Shown here: in pieces, positions 9,464-17,558 of the stretch | How the letters are laid out: the number at the start of each line of letters is the position of its first letter | Numbering within the stretch: the first letter of the stretch is position 1 | Assembly (NCBI GenBank): GCA_050943615.1 | Contig: JBMNPN010000004.1 | Coordinates: 1 to 59,010, forward strand | Length of the DNA stretch: 59,010 nt | Origin: Coriobacteriales bacterium | Lineage (GTDB): Bacteria > Actinomycetota > Coriobacteriia > Coriobacteriales > QAMH01 | Direction: 5' to 3' | Position numbers and translations under genes: made by a program | Notes under the pieces: model-generated | What the model was told of the DNA's origin: nothing | The model's database searches: none | What the model saw: the letters and a program-made list of their open reading frames with translations, nothing else

Positions 9464-10105
9464 ATGACATCACAGGGCATATCCTATTACGGAACCTACT
9501 GCCTGCTCGATGAGACGAGCGGGGACTCCGGCATCAAGGTCGACGGTAACAGCTGGCCCATCGGAAGCGAGGTCGAGCTGACGCCGCAGCTGCATGTCAC
9601 AGAGCGCGGCAAGGAGGTACCCCGTGTCGTGGTCGGGCGCAAGGACCAGGCGGCCGGGTTCGTCCCGCAAGACGTCTTCAAGCACCTCAAGAAGGCGATG
9701 GACGAGAACTGGGTGTGCCGTGCCTTCCCCTCTGCCGTCATCTTCGACAAGACCACGGACAAGTACACCGTCGAGATCGCCCTGATGTGCTACCCGCTCG
9801 AGCAGCGCGAGGCCTTCGACGCCTTCGTCGAAAGAATTGCCGAGCGCATCGCAAAAGGCGAGCACCCGGCAGTTGCCCTCTCGGAAAAGGAGCGCGCGCA
9901 CGTGCTCGAGTCCAACGGGCAGTGGTCGGCCACCAAATCACAGGAGCTCCCCAAGCTCCCCAAGGGGCGCGCCTACTTCAAGACACGGCGCACCTTTACC
10001 GAGGGCCTTGCCCTCTCGGCGGCATCCGGTCACTACGGAAAGCTCATCGCGTGCATTCTTGCGGTTGTGGTGGTAATTGCCGTTATCTTGTACTTTGTGT
10101 TATAG
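9464..10105 (+). CDS. Hypothetical protein with a HIRAN-like N-terminal region and a C-terminal membrane anchor
   Basis: 213-aa ORF with strong GC3 bias. GSEVELTP and AGFVPQDVFKHL resemble HIRAN strands; the C-terminus is hydrophobic (LIACILAVVVVIAVILYFVL). Confidence 0.7.
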   Translation: MTSQGISYYGTYCLLDETSGDSGIKVDGNSWPIGSEVELTPQLHVTERGKEVPRVVVGRKDQAAGFVPQDVFKHLKKAMDENWVCRAFPSAVIFDKTTDKYTVEIALMCYPLEQREAFDAFVERIAERIAKGEHPAVALSEKERAHVLESNGQWSATKSQELPKLPKGRAYFKTRRTFTEGLALSAASGHYGKLIACILAVVVVIAVILYFVL

Positions 10106-10165
10106 CTTCTAGACCGCAGGCCCTCAGGGGTGCTGCGCCTTTTCGCGTTCTTCTTTTGGAGGGTC

Positions 10166-11512
10166 ATGCTTTCCGAACGTCTCATAACCCAGGGCGTCCG
10201 CACGTTCGGCGGACACTATCTCGACCTGAAGGCGAGCAAGCGCGAGCGCCTGCCCAAGCCGACGCCGGGGCAGCACTACATGCTCTACATGCACATCCCC
10301 TTCTGCGAGCGGCTCTGCCCGTACTGCTCGTTCAACCGCTTTCCCTTCGAAGAGGAAAAGACGCGCCGGTACTTTTCCGACCTGCGCCGCGAGATGCAGA
10401 TGCTCGCCGATATGGGCTATGACTTCGAATCCGTCTATGTGGGCGGCGGGACGCCGACCATCATGCTCGACGAGCTCATCAAGACTATCAACCAGGCCCG
10501 TGAGCTTTTCTCCATCGGCGATGTGAGCTGCGAGACCAACCCCAACCACTTGGGGCCCGAGTACCTCGAGAAGCTCGAGGGCGTCGTGCAGCGCATGTCC
10601 GTGGGCGTGCAGAGCTTCGATGACAGCCTGCTCAAGCAGATGGACCGCTACGACAAGTACGGCTCGGCAGAGCAGGTCTTCAATGCGGTGCGCGGGGCAG
10701 CCGACTCCGGCGTGTTCAAGTCGCTCAACGTGGACATGATCTACAACTTCCCGGCCCAGACCGAGGACATGCTGCGCCACGACCTCGACGTCATCAAGCA
10801 GACGCACTGCAACCAGACGACCTTCTATCCGCTCATGGCGTCCCCCGCGGTGGAGAAATCGCTTGCCCGCACGGTGGGCGAAGTGAGCTACGAGCGCGAG
10901 CAGCGCTTCTACCAGATCATCCTTTCGCAGCTGGTGGAGGGCGAGAACGCGCCGTTCACCATGAGCAGCGCCTGGACCTTCGACGCCACGGAAAACGACA
11001 TGATCGACGAGTACATTGTCGACTACGAGGAGTATCCGGCCATCGGCTCGGGCGGCATGACCTTCATGGACAACACGCTGTTCGTGAACACGTTCTCGCT
11101 GAGCCAGTACGACGCGCGCATTAACGCCGGCAAGATGTCGGTGATGGGCGAGACGCACTTCACCAAACGCGACCACATGCGCTACCGCTTCATGATGCAG
11201 CTCTTCGGGCTGCGCCTGGACAAGAAGCAGTGGGAGCATGACTTTGGCTGCAGCGTGGCCGCGGGCCTTCCGATCGAGTACGCGTTCTTCAAGATGGTCG
11301 GCGCCTTCGACAAGGACAACGACGACGAGCTCACGCTCTCGTACAAGGGAAAGTACCTGCTCGTGGCGATGATGCGCCAGTTCTTCGTCGGCGTGAACAC
11401 CGTGCGCGACCGGGCGCGCGCCTCCCTTCCCGAAGACGAGCGCGAGCTGCTCTTTGGCGCGGGCGTGCCCTGCGACAAGGCAAAGTCCTTCGACTTCGAT
11501 TTCGAGGGTTAG
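10166..11512 (+). CDS. menK: HemN-like class C radical SAM enzyme, probably a menaquinone methyltransferase (MenK/MqnK family)
   Basis: HIPFCERLCPYC (CxxxCxxC) and GGGTPT; QTTFYPLM matches the QxTxYPLM signature I recall for the MenK/MqnK family. Confidence 0.7.
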   Translation: MLSERLITQGVRTFGGHYLDLKASKRERLPKPTPGQHYMLYMHIPFCERLCPYCSFNRFPFEEEKTRRYFSDLRREMQMLADMGYDFESVYVGGGTPTIMLDELIKTINQARELFSIGDVSCETNPNHLGPEYLEKLEGVVQRMSVGVQSFDDSLLKQMDRYDKYGSAEQVFNAVRGAADSGVFKSLNVDMIYNFPAQTEDMLRHDLDVIKQTHCNQTTFYPLMASPAVEKSLARTVGEVSYEREQRFYQIILSQLVEGENAPFTMSSAWTFDATENDMIDEYIVDYEEYPAIGSGGMTFMDNTLFVNTFSLSQYDARINAGKMSVMGETHFTKRDHMRYRFMMQLFGLRLDKKQWEHDFGCSVAAGLPIEYAFFKMVGAFDKDNDDELTLSYKGKYLLVAMMRQFFVGVNTVRDRARASLPEDERELLFGAGVPCDKAKSFDFDFEG

Positions 11513-11552
11513 GCGAAAACCTCTCCGGTGGGAGCCATGAGGCTCGGCCGCC

Positions 11553-12464
11553 TCATGATTTGTCGAGCTCTCCGAGCAGGCGCTCGGCGTAGTCGCGTGT
11601 CATATCAATCAACTTGTCGGGAGCCAAGGGCACGATAGTGCCACCCGATGCCGCGAGGCGCTGGGGCAGCCATTCGCTTCCATACCAGGGCACCGTGCGC
11701 TCGATGCTGCCATCGGCATGGTGCCCGCCCTTCCTGGTGCGCAAGCCCGGCCACTCCACGTCGGGAGCATCGGGAAGGAAGAGCAGGCGGGCTGTCTGGG
11801 AGCTGGAAGGCTCCGCGTCGTCTTGCGCACGCGCGGTGCTCGGGGCTGCAGCATCGAGGCGCCGGGCGCTCACGATGCGATCGGTTCTGAAGCTGCGCTC
11901 CGCACCGTCGGAAAGCTGCGCATGCAGGTAGCGAACGCCGCTTTTCGAGCTCAGCGAGACATTGTGGACTCTGTAGTGTCTGGCCTCGTCAGCGCCTTCT
12001 TTCAGGTAGTCGATGGCAAGGCCTGCATCCTTGTCCTCGCAGGCCTGCGCCACTTCGCGCATTGCAGCCGCGTTGTCGCGTGTCGTGGCCTTTGCGTCCG
12101 CATGTGCAAGGGGGCTTCCCGCAGCATCGAGGGCGCCGTGCTCGCAGAAGAGGGAGGCAAAGGGTTCTTCCTCTGGCGAGATTCCCTGTGTGCCGAGCAC
12201 GTTGACGAGCGTTTTCGTCTCGCGCTCGTTGAGCCGGGGCAGCGGGCGTTTTCTGCTCCCCGTGAGCTGCGAGAAGCTGTCCTGCTGCTCGACGTGTTCG
12301 TCTATGGGGATATAGCCCAGGGCGATCTCGTCGAGGGCTTTGGTGACGTCCTGCTCTGTGCACGAGAGCAGCTCTGCGGCCTGGCGATGCGAGATGCTCT
12401 TTGCGCTGTCGAGCAAGAAGAAGATCGCCATGCCGCGCTTGAGTTCGCTATCGGAGCGTGTCAT
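11553..12464 (-). CDS. WYL-domain transcriptional regulator, PafC-like
   Basis: N-terminal HTH-like segment, WYL core (IDYLKE, YLHA, RSFRTDRI), WCX-like tail (WLPQRLAASGG). ATG 12464 overlaps the end of the upstream gene and follows GAGGAG. Confidence 0.8.
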   Translation of the reverse strand: MTRSDSELKRGMAIFFLLDSAKSISHRQAAELLSCTEQDVTKALDEIALGYIPIDEHVEQQDSFSQLTGSRKRPLPRLNERETKTLVNVLGTQGISPEEEPFASLFCEHGALDAAGSPLAHADAKATTRDNAAAMREVAQACEDKDAGLAIDYLKEGADEARHYRVHNVSLSSKSGVRYLHAQLSDGAERSFRTDRIVSARRLDAAAPSTARAQDDAEPSSSQTARLLFLPDAPDVEWPGLRTRKGGHHADGSIERTVPWYGSEWLPQRLAASGGTIVPLAPDKLIDMTRDYAERLLGELDKS

Positions 12465-13467
12465 CTTCGCTCCTCTCGAGTGCTGCAAGCGTCTGCTCGA
12501 GGCGCTCGGCATATCGTGCTTGCGCAGCTGCGTCGAGGGGGTACACGCCCGGTCCGTTCTCGATGCACCAGCGTGCGAGCCGGTCGATGTCGTTTGCGGG
12601 CACGGTCCAGATGACGCCGGTTTCCGTGATCTCGATATTGCCCTGCTGACGTTGCTTTGACCTGATGCGGGAGAGGGCGGAAGGCTCGATTGCGATGCGC
12701 GCGTCAACCGCGGGACCCGTACCGAGCTGGAAGGGAAGGCGCATGTAGTCGCTTGCCTTCAGCTCGTGGCGCTCGAAATCAGGTGTCGCGGGGTTGGCTT
12801 CGTTTGCCTTTACCTTGCTCATGCGCTCGATGCGAAAGCATCGCATGGCCTTGCGGTCGAGGTCATAGGCGTAGAGGTACCAGCGCTCGTCGATCATGTA
12901 GAGCTCGTGTGGCTCGACAGAGCGCGTGCTCTTCTTCCCGTCAGCCGATACGTATGAGAAGGCAAGGCGTTTCCTGTTCCGGCAGGCAGCATCGATCTTC
13001 TCGAATTTCTTGCGCGACCCGATGGGACGTGCGTCTGTGTCGTCATGCGTGATCTGGTCTGCCATATCGGGCTCTTCGAGCAGGTCGGAGAGCTTGACGA
13101 GGATCATCTGCGCGTCATCGTACAGGTCGGTCTCGTCTCTCGAGATGGCGCTGAGCAGCACGCGCAATAGGCTCTCGTCGGCCTCGTCGAGCCCGGCATC
13201 AGAGACCGCATAGCTGCGCGTCTCGTCGATGCGGTAGGTTGCGGCGTTCGCATCGTAGACGAGAAAGCAGCCAAAGCTCTCGAGCAGCTGCTTGTCGCGC
13301 TCGAAGCGCTTGCGGACCGACTCGGCGTTACCGGAATCGCCATAGCATTCGTGCAGGTCGATTTGGATGTCCTCGAGTGTGGCATGCTTCTTTTCCGACA
13401 GGTAGAGCCATAGCGTGATGATCCGCTCGAGCGGGGAGGGGACGGGCTGCGTCTGTTCTGTGCTCAC
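12448..13467 (-). CDS. WYL-domain transcriptional regulator, PafB-like
   Basis: RKRFERDKQLLESFG wHTH, RSVEPHEL, WYLYAYDLDR and RCFRIERM motifs. The GTG start is inferred from GGAG spacing. Confidence 0.88.
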   Translation of the reverse strand: MSTEQTQPVPSPLERIITLWLYLSEKKHATLEDIQIDLHECYGDSGNAESVRKRFERDKQLLESFGCFLVYDANAATYRIDETRSYAVSDAGLDEADESLLRVLLSAISRDETDLYDDAQMILVKLSDLLEEPDMADQITHDDTDARPIGSRKKFEKIDAACRNRKRLAFSYVSADGKKSTRSVEPHELYMIDERWYLYAYDLDRKAMRCFRIERMSKVKANEANPATPDFERHELKASDYMRLPFQLGTGPAVDARIAIEPSALSRIRSKQRQQGNIEITETGVIWTVPANDIDRLARWCIENGPGVYPLDAAAQARYAERLEQTLAALERSEDDTLR

Positions 13468-13515
13468 GGCCACTCCCACCCCTTTCCAGTTCGTCGATCG
13501 TGTACGGCGTGTGTG

Positions 13516-13521
13516 ATTATA
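13516..13521 (-). promoter_or_regulatory. Candidate -10 box (TATAAT) for the WYL operon
   Basis: Exact TATAAT on the minus strand about 50 nt upstream of the inferred start. Confidence 0.5.
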
Positions 13522-13765
13522 CCCGCCTGGCTGGATGGAAGGGCATGCCGGCACCCGTGCATCCTTTTGACGCCGCAGATGCTGTGGATGCTGCGAAATC
13601 TGGATCGATTTGGCTGACGCAGCGGCTAAAAGCATCTAGTATGCTTGTCTGTGCCGGGGCTCGTTATTATCGCGGGCGCCGCATGAGCTGAATTCCACGC
13701 TGCCGCAATATAGATTTGGGCAGCGCAAGCTTTCGGAGACCACGTCAACGGAGGAGAGCTAAGAG

Positions 13766-15109
13766 ATGATCGAGCGCTACACGCGTCCCGAGATGGGGCG
13801 CATCTGGTCGCTTCAGAACAAGTTCGAGGTCTGGAAGGAAATCGAGATCCTCGCGTGCGAGGCGCAGGCCGAAATCGGGGCCTGTGGCATCACCAAGGAG
13901 GAAGCGGCCTGGATTCGCGAACACGCCGACTTCACGGTTCCCGAGATCGACGAGGTCGAGAAGGTCACCAACCACGACGTCATCGCCTTCACCACGGTCA
14001 TGGCGCGCTATATCGATGCCGATGTGCCCGAGGGAAAGCCCAAGCCGAGCCGTTGGGTGCATTACGGTATGACAAGCTCTGACCTGGGCGATACCGCGAT
14101 GTGCTATCTCATCACCCAGGCGCTCGACATCGTCATCGAGGACGTCCGCAAGCTCGGGCGCATCTGCAAGCGCCGTGCCTTCGAGGAGAAGGACACCATC
14201 TGCGTGGGCCGCACGCACGGCATCCACGCCGAGCCGATGACCATCGGCATGAAGTTCGGCATGTGGGCCTGGGCGCTCAAGCGCGCCGAGCAGCGCCTGC
14301 TCGACGCCCGCAAGGTCATCGCGGTCGGCGCCATCAGCGGTGCGGTCGGCTCGTACTCCAACATCGACCCCCGTGTCGAGCAATACGTCTGCGAAAAGCT
14401 CGGCCTCACCCCCGACCCGCTCTCCACGCAGGTCATCAACCGCGACCGCCACGCCCAGGTGCTCGCCGCGCTCGCCAACAGCGCGGCAACCCTCGAGCAG
14501 ATCGCAACCGAGATCCGCAGCCTGCAAAAGACCGACACGCTCGAGATGGAAGAGCCGTTCAGAAAGGGCCAGAAGGGCTCGTCTGCCATGCCGCACAAGC
14601 GCAACCCCATCACCGTCGAGCGCGTCTGCGGTCTATCGCGCGTCATCAAGGCCAATGCGCAGGTCGGTTTCGACAACGTCGCCCTTTGGCACGAGCGCGA
14701 CATTTCCCACTCCGGCGCCGAGCGTGTGGTCTTTCCCGACAGCTTCACAGCCTTCGACTACATCTGCGGCAAGATGGAGACGATTCTCGACGGCCTCAAG
14801 CTCTATCGCAAGAACTCCGAGGCCAACCTGCACCGCACGCGCGGGCTCATCTTCTCGAGCCGCGTTCTGCTCGCGCTCGTCAACACCGGCATTACGCGCG
14901 AGGACGCCTACGTCATCGTGCAGCGCAACGCCATGAAGGTCTGGGGCGATCTGCAAGAGGCCGTCGACGGCCCGACCTTCAGAGAGCTCCTCGAGGCAGA
15001 CGAGGATTGCACGCTTACGAGCGATCAGTTCGATGACATTTTCGATCCCTGGGCGTTCCTGCAGAGAAAAGATGTTATCTTCGAGCGTCTCGAGACACTC
15101 GAGTTCTAG
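13766..15109 (+). CDS. purB: Adenylosuccinate lyase
   Basis: GRTHGIHAEP, GSSAMPHKRNP signature, and LWHERDISHS. Confidence 0.97.
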   Translation: MIERYTRPEMGRIWSLQNKFEVWKEIEILACEAQAEIGACGITKEEAAWIREHADFTVPEIDEVEKVTNHDVIAFTTVMARYIDADVPEGKPKPSRWVHYGMTSSDLGDTAMCYLITQALDIVIEDVRKLGRICKRRAFEEKDTICVGRTHGIHAEPMTIGMKFGMWAWALKRAEQRLLDARKVIAVGAISGAVGSYSNIDPRVEQYVCEKLGLTPDPLSTQVINRDRHAQVLAALANSAATLEQIATEIRSLQKTDTLEMEEPFRKGQKGSSAMPHKRNPITVERVCGLSRVIKANAQVGFDNVALWHERDISHSGAERVVFPDSFTAFDYICGKMETILDGLKLYRKNSEANLHRTRGLIFSSRVLLALVNTGITREDAYVIVQRNAMKVWGDLQEAVDGPTFRELLEADEDCTLTSDQFDDIFDPWAFLQRKDVIFERLETLEF

Positions 15110-15137
15110 GACGAAGATTTTGACTGGAGCGACAAGC

Positions 15138-15410
15138 ATGTCTGAAGAAAAACCTGAATACGTCTTTCGAAACAACGGAACCTGTTCTGTTGCCGTGGGC
15201 TTCGACCTCGATGATGAGAACAAACTCCACAACGTCGCCTTCATGGGCGGCTGCAACGGCAACCTGCAGGGCATCGGCCGCCTCGTGGAGGGCATGCCCG
15301 CCGACTGGGTCATCGAGCGCTGCAAGGGCGTGAAGTGCGGCTACAAGCCCACGTCCTGCCCTGACCAGTTTGCAAACGCGCTCGAAAAGGCGCTCGAGCA
15401 AAGGCAGTAA
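15138..15410 (+). CDS. Small TSCPD-domain protein (TIGR03905-like)
   Basis: GGCNGNLQGIGRLVEGM and C-terminal KPTSCPDQFA. Confidence 0.88.
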   Translation: MSEEKPEYVFRNNGTCSVAVGFDLDDENKLHNVAFMGGCNGNLQGIGRLVEGMPADWVIERCKGVKCGYKPTSCPDQFANALEKALEQRQ

Positions 15411-16663
15411 TGGCCACTCGACCCTCACAGGAATCATCGGGCGCACTCGTCTCGCGCCGCGCCTTTCTCGCGCGGGGCGCCGCGGTCTTTGCCGGCTGTC
15501 TGGCAGCGGGCTCGCTGCCAGCTGCGCTTTCGGGATGCTCGAGCTCGTCTGATGACAGCGCTGTCGATGTGCTGAGCGTTGATGATTCTGCGGTGACGAC
15601 GCTCGATGCGTTCACGGAGATCAAGAAGCCGTCGCGCTACTACGCCCTCTCCGAGCTCGCCACGCTCGATGACGGCACGCAGATCTTCTCAACCGACAAC
15701 AAGATCGGCGCCTGCCTGTGCACGGGGGCAACGGCAAGCCCCCTTTCGACCGTCGAGCTCATCGACCTTTCGACCGGCACGGTCTCGGAAGTGCTGAAGA
15801 AGGGGGTTCTCGATTCCAGGGGCTACAGCATCTATGCCGCCTGCACGAGTTCCGATCTGCTCGTGTGGGTCGAGGACAACTACCTCACCTCCGATTGGGC
15901 GGTCTACTGCGCCACCGTCGATGCCAGCAGTCTTTCCATTGGAGATGCGGTCAAGCTCGATGAGGGGACGGGCGACTACGATGCGCCCGAGATCTCGGTC
16001 ATCGGGCAGACGGCCTATTGGATCGTCCAGCCCGCAGAGTCCGGTTCCAAGACCTCGGACGACTCCTATCTCAAGGCCTCTGCCGGCGGTTCTGCCGCGA
16101 GCGTGCTCATCACGAGCCACGGGCGCTTCTGCGAGGGGCTCAGCGTGAGCGAGGACATCCTCACCTGCATGCCTCGTGCCGACACCTCTTCGGGTGTCTA
16201 CTACACGCTCACGGCGATTCAATCGGGCACGGGCTCGGTGGTGGCGACGCTCACGATGCCGCATTCCTTCAAGCCGCTGTGCGCAATCTATGTGGGCGGT
16301 GCGTTCTCCTTTGGCATCAAGGCCTCGTATGACTACGGCGGTGGCATCGCCAACGTGGGCACGTACTATCCGTTGAGCTCGACGGAGTGGCTGCGCATCG
16401 CCAAAGAGCCGGTTACGGCGCTCAGCACGTGCAAGGGATGGTTATGTTGCAAGTCGGGCTCGCGCACGGTCTTCATCGACCCCGACAAGCGGCGCTACTT
16501 CACCGTGTCATCGCCGTCGGATGCCACCTCGTATGGCGACTACCCCGCTACGGTTGGCGCTGTGAGCAGGGTTTATAATTATTCGACTATCAACAAGACC
16601 TCGGGTTCCAAGGAAGTGAGCTCGGTTCTGCTGCGCTCGATTGCCCCCGTCGATATCTCGTGA
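15410..16663 (+). CDS. Tat-exported lipoprotein of unknown function
   Basis: Twin-arginine motif SRRAFL, lipobox LSGC, Ser-rich linker and a beta-rich mature part. The start overlaps the upstream stop (TAATG). Confidence 0.85.
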   Translation: MATRPSQESSGALVSRRAFLARGAAVFAGCLAAGSLPAALSGCSSSSDDSAVDVLSVDDSAVTTLDAFTEIKKPSRYYALSELATLDDGTQIFSTDNKIGACLCTGATASPLSTVELIDLSTGTVSEVLKKGVLDSRGYSIYAACTSSDLLVWVEDNYLTSDWAVYCATVDASSLSIGDAVKLDEGTGDYDAPEISVIGQTAYWIVQPAESGSKTSDDSYLKASAGGSAASVLITSHGRFCEGLSVSEDILTCMPRADTSSGVYYTLTAIQSGTGSVVATLTMPHSFKPLCAIYVGGAFSFGIKASYDYGGGIANVGTYYPLSSTEWLRIAKEPVTALSTCKGWLCCKSGSRTVFIDPDKRRYFTVSSPSDATSYGDYPATVGAVSRVYNYSTINKTSGSKEVSSVLLRSIAPVDIS

Positions 16664-16808
16664 GTGCGCGTGCGCGGGGTTTCGAAGCGTTCGCCTGTTG
16701 CGGCGTGGTGAAATAATCATTACGGGTCCCCAACGGATGCACGGGCAAGCTGGCACAATGCTAAACTTCTACGTGTCGATTCACCGTTAGTGTGAAAGGA
16801 GTTTCATC

Positions 16809-17546
16809 GTGGACATGGGTTCTGAAACCCGTCGCATCCTCTTAGTCGAAGACGAGAAGGCTATCCGCGATGCCGTTGCGGCATATCTCGAACGTGAAAA
16901 CTACTGGGTGACCGGTGCAGAAGATGGACAGCAGGCAATCGAGGAGTTCGAAAAGCACCACTTCGACCTCGTTATCCTCGATCTGATGCTCCCGAAGGTG
17001 CCTGGCGAGAAGGTCTGCCGCGTGATTCGCGACACCTCTGATGTCCCCATCATCATGCTCACCGCCAAAGGCGAGGTCGAAGACCGCATTGTTGGTCTCG
17101 AACTCGGTGCCGATGACTACCTCATCAAGCCCTTCAGCCCCCGCGAGCTCGTCGCCCGCGTGCGCGCGCTGCTGCGTCGTGCCCATATCGATTCCGAGCC
17201 TCAGCGCGAGGTTCTCGAGTTCGGCGACCTCACCATCGATGTGAGCGGCCACAAGGTCATGGTCCGGGGCGAGGAAGTCGACCTGACCGCCAGCGAGTTC
17301 AAGCTGCTCACCACGCTGTCCCGTTACCCTGGGCGCGTCTATTCGCGCATGGAGCTGGTCGAGAAGGTGCTCGGCTACGATTTCGAGGGCTACGAGCGCA
17401 CCATCGACAGCCACGTGAAGAACCTGCGCGCCAAAATCGGCGACGACCCGCGTCACCCCACGTGGATCTACACCGTCCACGGCGTCGGCTATCGCTTCGA
17501 GTCACCAAAGCCCACCGAAGAGAAGAAGAAAGACGACGCGGAATAG
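16809..17546 (+). CDS. OmpR/PhoB-family response regulator
   Basis: Receiver motifs LLVEDE, DLMLP and KPF; winged-helix motifs RTIDSHVKNLRAK and TVHGVGY. Confidence 0.96.
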   Translation: MDMGSETRRILLVEDEKAIRDAVAAYLERENYWVTGAEDGQQAIEEFEKHHFDLVILDLMLPKVPGEKVCRVIRDTSDVPIIMLTAKGEVEDRIVGLELGADDYLIKPFSPRELVARVRALLRRAHIDSEPQREVLEFGDLTIDVSGHKVMVRGEEVDLTASEFKLLTTLSRYPGRVYSRMELVEKVLGYDFEGYERTIDSHVKNLRAKIGDDPRHPTWIYTVHGVGYRFESPKPTEEKKKDDAE

Positions 17547-17558
17547 GCCGGTGAGGCA

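Noticed and set aside
10166-11512. Coproporphyrinogen III oxidase (hemN) call
   Set aside because: There is no heme-pathway context, and the QTTFYPLM motif points to the MenK/MqnK branch.
5064-13467. Defence island or type IV CRISPR (DinG, WYL and nuclease genes close together)
   Set aside because: DinG is the exonuclease-fused housekeeping type, the WYL pair is PafBC-like, the genes are interspersed with metabolic genes, and there are no cas genes or array.
16774-16796. GTGTCGATTCAC and TTCAC-N7-GTGAA upstream of the response regulator, resembling GTGTCGATTTCAC at 51634
   Set aside because: The match is short, occurs only twice and has a different context; it cannot be distinguished from chance.
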